The notes under the pieces: model-generated
The model's database searches: none
What the model saw: only the letters and a program-made list of their open reading frames with translations
Told to the model about the DNA's origin: nothing
Translations under genes and position numbers: made by a program
Shown: positions 1-10,155 of the stretch, piece by piece
Layout: each line of letters begins with the position of its first letter
Numbering within the stretch: position 1 is the stretch's first letter
Source of the DNA: Candidatus Heimdallarchaeota archaeon
GTDB taxonomy: Archaea > Asgardarchaeota > Heimdallarchaeia > Hodarchaeales > Hodarchaeaceae
Reading direction: 5' to 3'
Assembly: GCA_048881705.1 (NCBI GenBank)
Contig: JBHLSH010000033.1
Span: 1 to 37,805, forward strand
Length of the DNA: 37,805 nucleotides

Positions 1-360
1 GCGTTAACTGATCTCGTGACTACAATTTCGGCCTTTATCTATCTTGCAATAGGTTATAGTATCTTTCTAGTTCTATTTGTTGCGTTGGCATCTATTCCGC
101 GTCCGAAATATCTGTTAATCACTCTGATCGGAGCCTTTTTGATGGCGCTTTTCGTCCCAGTAGTGTGGTTCTTGAATCAAGATAGCCTGTCCTGGCTACG
201 TTTTCTTTCTCCATTCAATTATTTTGATATCATTGGCATAATGTTAAACGACATCATCCTAGAGAATGCTATTCTGGAAACGGCTGCGTTTGGAACCATT
301 ATTTTTGCTTTTTTCAGTTCTGTTATCAAATTCTGGACGCCAAGAAGGGATATCACCTAA
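1..360 (+). CDS. ABC-2 type transporter permease, C-terminal part (5' truncated by window edge)
   Basis: Frame is open from base 1 (ALTDLVTTISAF...). Hydrophobic helices, LRFLSPFNYFD motif and the RRDI C-terminus typical of ABC-2 permeases. Confidence 0.75.
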   Translation, partial: ALTDLVTTISAFIYLAIGYSIFLVLFVALASIPRPKYLLITLIGAFLMALFVPVVWFLNQDSLSWLRFLSPFNYFDIIGIMLNDIILENAILETAAFGTIIFAFFSSVIKFWTPRRDIT

Positions 361-403
361 CCTATTTCATTTCGATCACACGAAGGAAATTGATAAATTC
401 GGG

Positions 404-422
404 GAAAAGCCAAGAGCTTTTC
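404..422. other. Inverted repeat GAAAAGC-N5-GCTTTTC between permease and pirin (terminator-like hairpin or operator)
   Basis: Perfect 7-bp arms read directly; function not established. Confidence 0.3.
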
Positions 423-489
423 GAAGCAACCGTTACTATCTAATCACACTATATATGTACGATAAGCAGATTCCTGGAAGTTAACTGCC

Positions 490-1506
490 ATGACAGGAGT
501 AATCAAAACGATAAATTCTCTGGGGTTTGTATGGGAAACGAGCAATCCATTCCTATTTTGTGTACATCATCAAGATGCCTATCCACAAGGTAACGGAGAG
601 ATGGGCCCGGCTGAATCGCTGGCAGGCCGAGATCTTGGCCAGGATTTCGATTCCAATGTAAAATGGCGTATGTATCACGGAAAGAAGGTACCTGGCTTTC
701 CTGTTCATCCACACCGAGGTTTTGAGACGGTTACAATTGTTCTTGAGGGATTTGTAGATCATTTTGATTCAGGCGGCGCCACAGGTCGATATGGACAAGG
801 AGATGTTCAGTGGATGACGGCTGGCAGTGGATTACAGCATTCTGAGATGTTCCCTCTCGTCTACACCGATCGACCCAATTCTTTAGACCTGTTTCAGATT
901 TGGCTCAATCTTCCGAAAGCCGATAAATTCGTTGACCCTCACTACAAAATGTTATGGAGCGAGGATATTCCGATTGTCAAATTTCAGGATTCTAGTGATT
1001 GTTTAACTAATATCCGTATCATTTCGGGAAATTATGGTGATCAGCAAGCTCTCGAACCCGCTCCTGATTCTTGGGCATTCTCAGCTTCAAACCAGGTTGC
1101 GATCTGGATAATTTCTATGGAGCCTGAGGCGCAAATCCTCCTCCCTGCTGCCGTGGAACAGACGAATCGTTCGCTTTATTTTTTCGAAGGTACCTCTCTA
1201 ACGGTTGATGGCCGCGAAATCCTTAGGTCCCGCGCCATTGACGTCTACAGCAATCAACCTATTAGTCTGAAAAACGGTTCGGATCCGAGCCGAATTTTGC
1301 TCCTTCAAGGTAATGCAATAGATGAGCAGGTTGTCCAATACGGGCCCTTCGTCATGAATACTAGGCAAGAGATCCAACAAGCCTTCGCTGATTTCCATCG
1401 GACCCAATTTGGTGGTTGGCCGTGGGAGAGGAGTGACCCCGTACATCCTGCATCGAAAGGACGATTTGCTCAATATCATGATGGTTCAGTTGTGGAGAAG
1501 GAATAG
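490..1506 (+). CDS. Pirin family bicupin protein
   Basis: GFPVHPHRGFETVT, QWMTAGSGLQHSE (His/His/His/Glu metal ligands), FQIWLNLP, GPFVMN. Confidence 0.95.
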   Translation: MTGVIKTINSLGFVWETSNPFLFCVHHQDAYPQGNGEMGPAESLAGRDLGQDFDSNVKWRMYHGKKVPGFPVHPHRGFETVTIVLEGFVDHFDSGGATGRYGQGDVQWMTAGSGLQHSEMFPLVYTDRPNSLDLFQIWLNLPKADKFVDPHYKMLWSEDIPIVKFQDSSDCLTNIRIISGNYGDQQALEPAPDSWAFSASNQVAIWIISMEPEAQILLPAAVEQTNRSLYFFEGTSLTVDGREILRSRAIDVYSNQPISLKNGSDPSRILLLQGNAIDEQVVQYGPFVMNTRQEIQQAFADFHRTQFGGWPWERSDPVHPASKGRFAQYHDGSVVEKE

Positions 1507-1562
1507 GTTGTTAGTAACGTTATGAATGTTAAACGAATGAAATAATAATTGAATGAGGAATA

Positions 1563-2276
1563 ATGATGGCAAGAGTGTTTATTACTGGGGCAAACAGGGG
1601 ATTGGGGTTGGAGTTCGTAAGACAGTATCTAGAAAGAGGAGACGAGGTAATTGCTACGTGTCGGAAACCTATCGATGCTCATGATCTAAACGAAATGAAA
1701 GCGAGTTATCCAAAAACTTTAATCATTCTGAAACTTGAAGTGACTGACGAGGAAGAGAGAGAAGAGGTTTATAACTATGTCAAGGAGCAATTTGGATCTA
1801 TTGATATTTTTATCAATAATGCGGGCATCGCGGCTGGCGGAAGTCGTACTAGTTACGTTTTGGGAGAACTGGGTTCCGAAGATTTGCTTACAGTTTTCAA
1901 TGTGAATTCAGTAGCGCCAGTATTACTAGTAGAACTGTTTTTGGATATTATTAAGAAAGGAAATAAACCAAGGATACTTAATATCACCTCTGGATTGAGT
2001 TCGCTGACGCGTAAAACCACGGTATTCCGGTATTCGTATTGTGCAAGTAAAACCGCTCTAAACATGTTCTCAAAACTAATGGCCCTTCAACTAAAGGAAG
2101 AAGGGATTATTGTAATTCCACTACATCCAGGTCATGTAAAAACTGACTTGGGCGGATATCGTGCCCCTTTATCGCCAAGAGAATCGATCAAGGGAATGAT
2201 CAGTGTAATTGATGCTCTTACAATGGAAGACACGGGAAAATTCATTAATTACCGATATGAAGAACTTCCATGGTAG
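1563..2276 (+). CDS. Short-chain dehydrogenase/reductase, CsgA (C-factor)-like
   Basis: TGANRGLG Rossmann motif, NNAG, YCASK catalytic YxxxK, LHPGHVKTDLGG. Confidence 0.92.
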   Translation: MMARVFITGANRGLGLEFVRQYLERGDEVIATCRKPIDAHDLNEMKASYPKTLIILKLEVTDEEEREEVYNYVKEQFGSIDIFINNAGIAAGGSRTSYVLGELGSEDLLTVFNVNSVAPVLLVELFLDIIKKGNKPRILNITSGLSSLTRKTTVFRYSYCASKTALNMFSKLMALQLKEEGIIVIPLHPGHVKTDLGGYRAPLSPRESIKGMISVIDALTMEDTGKFINYRYEELPW

Positions 2277-2312
2277 TAAAAACGAAGTGGAAAAAAAGGA
2301 AAAAATGGGAAA

Positions 2313-2648
2313 TTATTGCCCCAGATGAAATCCACAGGAGACGCAGTATTTGCTATCCCGTGCGTTTTCCATACCACAATTAGAGCAGTACATGCTCGAA
2401 CCCAAAGCGGAGGAAAGACCTCGAGATTCCCACTCTAGAGATGGCTGTCTTGGCCTCTGTTTTTTCGTAGTAAAGATTGACAGACAGAGCGCACTACCAA
2501 GAAAGACACTTGCAAAAACTACTATCAATGGTATTTTCACGCCAAGAATAAGCCAGATTAGAATTATCAGGCTTTGAATTCCAAGCGCGAGGGCGAAGAA
2601 AAGTTTCCCATTCTTATGGTTTTCATTTGCATAGATATGCTGGTTCAA
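2313..2648 (-). CDS. Membrane protein with C-terminal double zinc ribbon; probably the 3' remnant of a longer disrupted gene
   Basis: Two hydrophobic helices, then CSNCG...YCVSCG. TTG start only; the frame continues upstream to a TAA at 2718-2720 and beyond it. Confidence 0.65.
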   Translation of the reverse strand: MNQHIYANENHKNGKLFFALALGIQSLIILIWLILGVKIPLIVVFASVFLGSALCLSIFTTKKQRPRQPSLEWESRGLSSALGSSMYCSNCGMENARDSKYCVSCGFHLGQ

Positions 2649-3062
2649 ATTTTTGTGTTCAACCTGAACCTGATAAATCAGGTTCGTGTTGTTGGTGTTG
2701 TCGGGGTTTATAAGTACTTACATCGGGGAAAACTCTTTGGAGTAATACCATTCCAGCTCAGTCCGAAAACGATGAAATTCCTTGGCCTCCAAAACTTTGG
2801 AGAAACAGACAGGATATTATTACCGTCATTGAAAATATAGATAAAAAGTTCCTCAGAACCCCGTTTTTCGCAATTTATGTGTTCGATAGAGAATCAAAAA
2901 GCATGAATTACCATAATTTCTAATTTATTGAAAGGAACGTAGATGTGAAGAAAATCTCTCTGTAAAAAATGGATTAGCTTTTTAACAACGGCACTTACGA
3001 ACTGTTCTCTCATTACTGAAATTCATCATGTTATTGTTCGAACTTCTTATATAAGCTAGAAA

Positions 3063-4161
3063 ATGAAGAAAAAAGTGAACCATATGGTCGATCACGAAAT
3101 AAATCCAATAGATTCCAAAAGCAAGACTGAAAAATCATTAGATGGCATTCTTGAAATCAATACATCGATTAAACAAGTCGCTGCTGTGCTAGAAGTTACT
3201 GGAATCTATATTATGGGATCACTGATTACTGGCATTATTCTTATGAACATAGGCCTTGGAATAACAACTGAATCTATATTACCAATGGACAATTCGGGAA
3301 CAGAATATCTCCGTGCGGCTCTAACTCTTTCTCCACTTCTTTTAGTACAATACTGCGTTTTTTTTTGGACTAGCATTTCTAATTGGCTGGTGGTTTAGAA
3401 GAAGATCCACAAAATCCTATGGAATAACCCGGAATTCATATCCCTTGGCCCGATTGGTATATATCGGGATAATTGCCTTTTCCCTTGGATTTATACCAAC
3501 CATTGTTATGAGAATAGCACGTGAACAGCTAGGAAACAGTTCCGAATTCTTTAGGCTACCAATTACTCAGGATGTCCTTAGTAATGCAACCTGGTCAGTA
3601 GAATTTTGGATTTACATGGCCGTCGGAAGTTTTATCCTGCCTCCTATCCTTGAAGAGCTGTTTTTTAGAGGATATGTACAGACTCGTCTTTCTGAAGATT
3701 TCGGGGAGGCCCCTGCAATTTTACTTACAACTCTTTTCTTTTCTTTCGGTCACGTCCAATATCTCTATTTTGGATTTTTTGGATTAGGAACGATTTTGGT
3801 AAATTTCCTTTCTATATTCCTATTTGGATACCTATATTACAGAACTAAATCTCTTGTTCCTGGCATTATCGCGCATGTGATTGTGAATTTTCCAACACGA
3901 GACATAACCACATATGTTCTCCTTGTTCTAATGATTGGCATCATCCTTCTTACTGTCTCTTCCATTAAGGAAAAGGTAAGGGACTTGATTAATTGTTTTA
4001 GGCTGATTCAGCTGAACAAAGCAGTGATTGTTGCGGGAATTTATCTCATGTTATTTTCAGCCCTCCTTGGGTATAATGCAGTAACAATAACGCTTTTAGG
4101 GATTGGCTCGCTTCCTATTGCTATTATTTTCGAACTTAGAATAAAGAAAGCAGAGATGTAA
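3063..4161 (+). pseudogene. CPBP (CAAX protease/Abi) intramembrane metalloprotease split by a frameshift at a T9 tract (track ORFs 3063..3398 and 3445..4161)
   Basis: EELFFRG, FSFGH and HVIVN motifs in the 3' part. Removing one T from 3358-3366 joins the two frames as QYCVFFGLAFLIGWWFRRRSTKSYG...LARLVYIG (365 aa). Confidence 0.8.
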
Positions 4162-4417
4162 TTTGGATTCTAGGAATATTAAATGCGGCAAATAACACGC
4201 AAAGAATGTTTCTTCCTTCTCCAACTGTTCAATTTGGATCCATCATTTGCTTGGCGGGAAAAGTTCAGCTCTAGCCTTGTCATTGCCATATTTATTCTAT
4301 TCGTGAATTGACCAGAATTTAACTTTATTCAATCACGACGTGAGCCGTATATTTAGTCTGAGGGGAGATAACTCCTTTATCTATTCTGTATAATGGCATT
4401 AATAACCGATATAGATC

Positions 4418-5320
4418 CTAAAACCTCTTTATTAAAAAAAACTCATTGATAGAATTGGGATATCCATCCGAAATCCCGAAGACTGAGTACCCCAGGTTTT
4501 CAAAAAACTCAGGAGACTGAAACGAATAAGCTGTTGCCAATGCCGAAACGCACTCATTCTTCTTGGCGACTTTTTCAGCGGCCATTAAGAGTTTCGTTCC
4601 ATATCCGAGATTCCGATATTGCTCATCGACCCAGATACATTCCGTGTGCACAGCCCCAAGAGTAGTATAGGCGTGTAATCCTCCCACGACGTGCTGATCA
4701 CTATTTTTGAGCGCTAAATTGATCCTTATTCCTGGATATTTCTCCCGTAACTCGCCAACGTGCTTTTTCACGTATTGGCGTAGGCCTCTGTGCAAAACAC
4801 CCATTGATTTCTCAGAGGACTCTTCCAAAATGCTAAATCCAGCGTAGCTGAAACTATTTGCCAGTGGTTCATCGGATCCAAACTTCTTTAACAGAACGTA
4901 TTCAGTGATATCATTGGTATATCCATCAAAGATGCCTACTATCTTATACCCAATTCGTTGATAGAATTCGGGAGCCTGAAAGGAAAAAGTCCATGTCTGT
5001 GATGCAGAGTACCCTTTCTCCTTCCCGATTCTTTCGGCCTCCAAAACAAGAGCTTTTCCAAAACCTTGGTTTCGATAGCTTTCCTCAACCCAGAGAACTT
5101 CTAGATGCATGACCCCAGTGAGCATACTTGTAATCACACCCCCAATAATGATTCCATCATGATTTTTCAGGACTAGACTAATATCGGGAGTGGGAATTGC
5201 CAATTCACCGTAGGGTTGCCTTTTGTTGTGATCTTCAAGTCCCTTTTGAACAATCTTCATCTCTGCATCAGAAGGATTTTCACTTATGAAGAATCGATGA
5301 GGAATCTCGCTATGGCTCAT
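4418..5320 (-). CDS. Tandem (two-domain) GNAT N-acetyltransferase
   Basis: Two copies of motif A (LWVEESYRNQGFGKAL; IWVDEQYRNLGYGTKL) and of the FSFQAPEFY/YSFQSPEFF segment; AAGGAG upstream. Confidence 0.9.
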   Translation of the reverse strand: MSHSEIPHRFFISENPSDAEMKIVQKGLEDHNKRQPYGELAIPTPDISLVLKNHDGIIIGGVITSMLTGVMHLEVLWVEESYRNQGFGKALVLEAERIGKEKGYSASQTWTFSFQAPEFYQRIGYKIVGIFDGYTNDITEYVLLKKFGSDEPLANSFSYAGFSILEESSEKSMGVLHRGLRQYVKKHVGELREKYPGIRINLALKNSDQHVVGGLHAYTTLGAVHTECIWVDEQYRNLGYGTKLLMAAEKVAKKNECVSALATAYSFQSPEFFENLGYSVFGISDGYPNSINEFFLIKRF

Positions 5321-5424
5321 TTAACATCTTCTCCTTGGTTTATGGATCATGGCCGGTTGCGTTTCTTTTAGTTGAATAAATCATTAATCAGGTTTATTTC
5401 CAAACAAATGCCAATATCAATAGG

Positions 5425-7014
5425 CTATTTCCTTTTCCTCGCTAAAAAGATAATAACAAACCCAAGAAGAACTGACATTTCAAACCCAGTCGTCGATGTC
5501 TGCTGGGGGCTAATATATTCCAGCCTGCAAAGGAAAAGATCGAATTCCCCCCCACCATGGGATTCTTGATATGGAGATACGAGATTAAGGTCACGAGAAC
5601 TTCCGTGACCTGCTATGAACATGGAATCATTGGTTTCCGGGATCAATGTGACTGATGTGGAATAATCGTTACTAGATCCGCCATAAAAAGATGAGAACAA
5701 TAAATCCTGGCCATTATTACTAAACTCCATCAGGTATCCTTCCCAAACACCATTGTTTTGAGCCTGAAAGGCATTTTTTGACACGAAATCATATGAATTG
5801 GTACTGCCAGTTAAAAAGATGTTATTCTTTGAGTTTAAAGTAAGTCCTATTGGGCCTTCACTACCCTTTCCTCCAATAAACGTTGAAAAGAAAATCTCCT
5901 GCCCATCAGGACCTAATTTGGTAAGGAATGAATCCAATTCTCCTCCTCCATAATCCTCTTGAAATGCGTTTCTAACTGGAAATTCCTGGGAATTGGTTTC
6001 GCCAACCGCCAAAATATTGTCATCCGAATCACAAATCACGGCCGCTGGGCCCCACGGACGACTTCCTCCATAAAATGTTGAGAAAATCAATTCCTGTCCA
6101 TCTGAAGAAAACTTAGAGAGAAAGACGTCCCAATCACTTGAACTTCTGTTTGGTTGTATAGCGTTCTTGATAGGAAAATCCCCTGAAGAGGATGTTACTC
6201 CAATCATAATGATATTATCGCTCTTATCGGTAGTAACTCTTTTTATTTGGTCATTAGCGGATCCACCAAAAAAAGTTGAGAAAAGTACGTTTTGTCCATC
6301 TGGCGTGATTTTGGTGATGAACGCATCCGTTCCGCCCGATTTATTTACTTGATAAGCATCTTTAACTTGAAAATCAGGAGCAATTGTAGATCCAGTAATA
6401 ATAATGTTATCATTTGAATCTGTGGTAACTCCAATTGAATGATAATTACTCCCGGAACCCAGTAAGGTAGAGAAAACCACATTCTGTCCATCAGGAGAAA
6501 GCTTAAACACAAAAATATCGACGCCATAAGAGCTCTTATTCTCTTCTAGAGCATGACGGACAGGAAAGTCTGTGGAGGTGGTTGTACCAGCTATGATGAT
6601 GTTTCCTTGTGAATCAACGGCTGCATCACTTGTAAAATCATCTCCAGAGCCTCCGTAGAGTGTTGCGAGGAGGAGGTTTTCACCATTAGGATCGAATTTC
6701 AGACAGAATGCATCTCGTTCTCCGGCATTAGTTGATTGGATGGCATCTTTCATTTGAAAATCGGTGCTATCCGTATTGGAGATCAGGATAAGGTTGTTTG
6801 AGTTATCAAAATGCAGAAATCCCCATCCTTCTGTACCATTTCCCCCCAGATAGGTAGAATATTTGATCGATAAGGAATCGTATCCCTTCACGGGAAATAT
6901 AGATAGCAATCCCATGGTTATGACTATAATCAGGCAACCTATCAGAAGATACCTTGGTTTTGACACGACTGTTCCCTTTTCCTTTACATAACGTCTAAGA
7001 AAACGCCTGCTCAA
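5425..7014 (-). CDS. Cell-surface SBBP seven-bladed beta-propeller protein with C-terminal xGFE-TM-basic sorting signal (Heimdall-CTERM/PGF-CTERM-like)
   Basis: N-terminal hydrophobic signal; seven repeats of about 65 aa (FSTxxGG...D..xNI...G.T.S.DF...D.F..K...G); ends TSTTGFEMSVLLGFVIIFLARKRK. Confidence 0.88.
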   Translation of the reverse strand: MSRRFLRRYVKEKGTVVSKPRYLLIGCLIIVITMGLLSIFPVKGYDSLSIKYSTYLGGNGTEGWGFLHFDNSNNLILISNTDSTDFQMKDAIQSTNAGERDAFCLKFDPNGENLLLATLYGGSGDDFTSDAAVDSQGNIIIAGTTTSTDFPVRHALEENKSSYGVDIFVFKLSPDGQNVVFSTLLGSGSNYHSIGVTTDSNDNIIITGSTIAPDFQVKDAYQVNKSGGTDAFITKITPDGQNVLFSTFFGGSANDQIKRVTTDKSDNIIMIGVTSSSGDFPIKNAIQPNRSSSDWDVFLSKFSSDGQELIFSTFYGGSRPWGPAAVICDSDDNILAVGETNSQEFPVRNAFQEDYGGGELDSFLTKLGPDGQEIFFSTFIGGKGSEGPIGLTLNSKNNIFLTGSTNSYDFVSKNAFQAQNNGVWEGYLMEFSNNGQDLLFSSFYGGSSNDYSTSVTLIPETNDSMFIAGHGSSRDLNLVSPYQESHGGGEFDLFLCRLEYISPQQTSTTGFEMSVLLGFVIIFLARKRK

Positions 7015-7235
7015 TTAGAAGGGCAATAAATAACGTTTATGTTTACGGCGGGCCGATTTCCTCAATTCATCGAACTGGCATAACGAATACCGAGAATTGC
7101 CTCTAGTATTTGGTCCTCTTACAAGGAAGAGAAATATATCCACTCGTCGGGATTTTTGCCCTAAGATGATAAAAGACAGTTTATGTCATAGAATTTCGGC
7201 ATCAATTTATTTCCATTGACAAAACGGTGAACAGC

Positions 7236-7454
7236 CTATTCTTTCTCTTCCAATCCCAATAACCGTAAATCCAGAAGCTGATTGACTACACAGCGTCGTA
7301 CAAATTCGGAAGCGTTATCTGCAATCCCCAATTGGATGGCTTTTTCGATAGAATCATAAAGATTATCAGAAACTCTTAGCAAGATTGTTTTTGCCTTGGT
7401 GATTTGTGCTGACCTTTTTGAGGCCGTTTCTTTCGTGCGGTTGCCTTTAGCCAT
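7236..7454 (-). CDS. Ribbon-helix-helix (CopG/Arc/MetJ) DNA-binding protein
   Basis: TILLRVSDNLYDSIEKAIQLG...NASEFVRRCV: alternating strand followed by two helices. Confidence 0.8.
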   Translation of the reverse strand: MAKGNRTKETASKRSAQITKAKTILLRVSDNLYDSIEKAIQLGIADNASEFVRRCVVNQLLDLRLLGLEEKE

Positions 7455-7551
7455 AATAATTCCCGTTACGTAATTGAATAATGCAATTTACTATGTTTGA
7501 TAATCCTTTAAAAATCTTTGGATAAGCGGATGATATACAAATAGTTAGCTT

Positions 7552-7589
7552 TTTATATATCTAGTTAGTATCTGATTATCAAATGATAA
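7552..7589 (+). promoter_or_regulatory. TATA box (TTTATATA) followed by perfect palindrome TTATCA-AA-TGATAA (7576-7589); candidate repressor site
   Basis: Read directly in the divergent intergenic region between the RHH gene and the two-gene membrane operon. Confidence 0.45.
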
Positions 7590-7616
7590 ATCAAAATGAA
7601 TCATTTGTGAAAGCAG

Positions 7617-7817
7617 ATGGATAACAAGAATCTGTTCGATGTCGGGAAAATAACTGCTATTATGACGGGATCTACAATTCTTGGGATTTTTCTTGGTAGT
7701 AGAACGGGTGGAACCTATATTTTTGAAGTTGGTTCAAATCTCACCATTGTTTTGATCATATTTATGATTATGGCATCTAGCTTAGCTATAGCGGGTCTTT
7801 GGATGTCGAAATCATGA
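7617..7817 (+). CDS. Small two-helix membrane protein
   Basis: Two hydrophobic segments; stop overlaps the next ATG (ATGA). Confidence 0.6.
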   Translation: MDNKNLFDVGKITAIMTGSTILGIFLGSRTGGTYIFEVGSNLTIVLIIFMIMASSLAIAGLWMSKS

Positions 7818-8332
7818 ACTCTCGGTCAAAGAAACCATTATTCATCCCGATAACGGCAACGGTACTGATAGCAATAGTATCAACCATGCTCTTTTTTTCT
7901 GCTCAGAACATCCAGGTTGAAATACCTCCTCAGCCAACAGTTAAACCAAACCTATCCAGAGAGGGCTCAAGTTTTAGTGGATACATTGACGTGGTGATTC
8001 CAGTTAACGTATCGAATCAATCCCCCGCAACATTACAAAATATAAGGATTGAAGCAACCCTCTCAATAGTAAGCATTGAAACTTTTGGATTGTTTCCTGA
8101 TACGACAATCCTGAATGTCTCTCATAGAATTAAGCAGATTGATCCATACGAGTATTACCAATTAAACATCAATATCAACGTGTCGTCCTGGATTGTCATA
8201 CTCGCAATTATGGATGCATATTTGGTTATAGACATAGAAATATTTTTGGACTATCACTGGGCTACGATATCCTATCCATTTCATTGGGCAGGCCGAGTAC
8301 AAGGAGCCTGGGAGGCGCCATTCGTCTTATGA
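7814..8332 (+). CDS. Membrane-anchored beta-rich protein (LEA_2/WHy-like, uncertain)
   Basis: N-terminal TM anchor, then IPVNVSNQS...LQNIRIEA beta pattern. ATG at 7814 couples to the upstream stop (track start 7799 TTG). Confidence 0.6.
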   Translation: MNSRSKKPLFIPITATVLIAIVSTMLFFSAQNIQVEIPPQPTVKPNLSREGSSFSGYIDVVIPVNVSNQSPATLQNIRIEATLSIVSIETFGLFPDTTILNVSHRIKQIDPYEYYQLNININVSSWIVILAIMDAYLVIDIEIFLDYHWATISYPFHWAGRVQGAWEAPFVL

Positions 8333-8399
8333 TTTGTTCGGTATCGAACCTGTATTCCCTTGGGTTGTTCAGGATCCGCACATGGTATTGGGTAGGGGG

Positions 8400-9251
8400 T
8401 TACATCATTTGTTCATAGATCCCCGCAATTCCCGATGCAGCCAGCGTTAGATGCTGGAATATCTTGTAGGCATCGACGATCGTATCTGCAGTATATTCAA
8501 CCGTCAGACCGTCAATTCGGGTAGTAATTGGGAGTAAATCGGCGACATCTGCAAAGTGACTCGCGAGGAATGTTAGCCGCGAGCTCACTGGGGTTTGAAT
8601 GATTAGGGGTTTCGTCTCGCCTTCGTTGAATTTGTTTACTGCCTCCTTAACTGCCCCTCGCAGTTCCGTTTCAAGTCTTATCATACTGGAACTCTTAGCA
8701 GATGTTCTACTCAAGGAATGCTTAAATGTGACTGTTTCTGCCCACGGAGTAAAACGTGTGACATCATCTTTGAGTAGCTGCTCATCCCCTCCAACCATAA
8801 CCACGGGGACATTATAATACCCCGCAGTATACGCATTCAAGAGAAATTCGCTCACTGGTACCCCGTTGATGGCAAGTTCGTTTACGCTTCGACCGCTATA
8901 AGTGTGATCGAAGGTTGACCTCGCAGTCCCGAATTTAGCATGATAACCAAGAAAGGCTGCGACATCACAGTTTTCTTCGACCCCAGCCACCATACTGGTG
9001 GGTCTAGGGTAACCCCGTACCAGTTCAACATATTCCGGGAGATCATCCACTTCTATGTTTACCATAGGGCCATGACTGTCTGCAATAAGGATATCACTAA
9101 ACCCATTTCTTTTAAATGCCTCCGCTACAATTAGAACAATCTTTGTGGCAATTTTTCTTGCTTCTGAATAAAGAGTGCCTTTTAGACTAAGATGGCCCGG
9201 GATCACAATGTAGGGTAAGCCTTCCAGATCGAGAGAGATGAATGCCTTCAT
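8400..9251 (-). CDS. dppA: D-aminopeptidase, peptidase M55 family
   Basis: MKAFISLDLEG, DSHG, GYHA, DHTY, SEF zinc-ligand motifs. Start set at MKAF (track start 9284). Confidence 0.93.
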   Translation of the reverse strand: MKAFISLDLEGLPYIVIPGHLSLKGTLYSEARKIATKIVLIVAEAFKRNGFSDILIADSHGPMVNIEVDDLPEYVELVRGYPRPTSMVAGVEENCDVAAFLGYHAKFGTARSTFDHTYSGRSVNELAINGVPVSEFLLNAYTAGYYNVPVVMVGGDEQLLKDDVTRFTPWAETVTFKHSLSRTSAKSSSMIRLETELRGAVKEAVNKFNEGETKPLIIQTPVSSRLTFLASHFADVADLLPITTRIDGLTVEYTADTIVDAYKIFQHLTLAASGIAGIYEQMM

Positions 9252-9609
9252 GAAATCCACTTCAGGTGCATTTTGGGTGAGCATTCATCCATTAAATATG
9301 AAATTAACCCAAGGGATACGACCAAGGAAACTTCGCCCGTAGAGATCAGCCTCGTTATCTGGACTTTAAATCTCGCCCGAAAACCTCCTAAAACTCTCTT
9401 TCTTCTGTAAGATCATTGCTGGGGATTGAACACAAAAAAATACAGGTGGGCTTATGGAATTGATTATTTTCAGCAAAACTAAAACTCTTAATTCCAGATA
9501 GATCTGCGCCCTTATAACATCAAGGGTTGAGCCGAATTAAAAACGACTCAAGTTGTACCAGGTGGTTCCGAAGTCTTTTTTTTCACCATCATTCTTGAGC
9601 GAGATCGAT

Positions 9610-10155
9610 TTACGTTTGAGGAGGAATTATCCATAGATCATACGTGTCTTTAGAATCCTTAAGAGTTCGTTGCTCTTTCTGAATTTTTCCTTCACTCGCT
9701 AACTCTTCTAACGCTGTGTAGAACTCATATTTATCTAATGAATGTCCCTGATCTTGTAATGTTTTGTATGCTCTAGACTTAGAGGTCTGTAATCCAGCGA
9801 GTTCAGATAAGATCACTTCTTTGATGTCGGAGGTTTCAGGTTTTGTGTGATCGGATTCAAGGACAGGCGTTTCTTTCTCACTGCTCGAACCCTCCAGGTT
9901 TAATCGACGCCCTTCCAGCAAATACTGCTGAAGATAGGTCGCTACCAGTGCCGTGGATCCACTACATGGGAGTCGAATAGCTTGACCATATGTAATCGCA
10001 TTGTTCTCCCCGATGCGTGACTCTTGAATTTCAATGGAGGCTCGAGTTATCCCCCATTGAGGATGGGCCGTAGGTGGCCACAATTTCACAGTTAGGAAAC
10101 GCTTGGGGCTGATTGCAATCTTTTCATACATTAATGGACGATGTTCAGCTGGCAT
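9610..10155 (-). CDS. Hypothetical protein: PC4-like N-terminal domain, acidic linker, C-terminal winged helix
   Basis: By-eye alignment of ISPKRFLTVKLW...SIEIQES...GQAIRL to the PC4 fold pattern; C-terminal YEFYTALEELASEGKIQK...DLWII is a typical wH helix and wing. Confidence 0.6.
   Translation of the reverse strand: MPAEHRPLMYEKIAISPKRFLTVKLWPPTAHPQWGITRASIEIQESRIGENNAITYGQAIRLPCSGSTALVATYLQQYLLEGRRLNLEGSSSEKETPVLESDHTKPETSDIKEVILSELAGLQTSKSRAYKTLQDQGHSLDKYEFYTALEELASEGKIQKEQRTLKDSKDTYDLWIIPPQT

Noticed and set aside
5425-7014. Repetitive DNA as a CRISPR array or tandem repeat
   Set aside because: The periodicity is protein-level SBBP repetition; no identical nucleotide repeats with spacers found anywhere in the window.
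7731-7740. GGTTCAAATC T-loop-like string
   Set aside because: Inside a coding region with no cloverleaf arms; no tRNA found.
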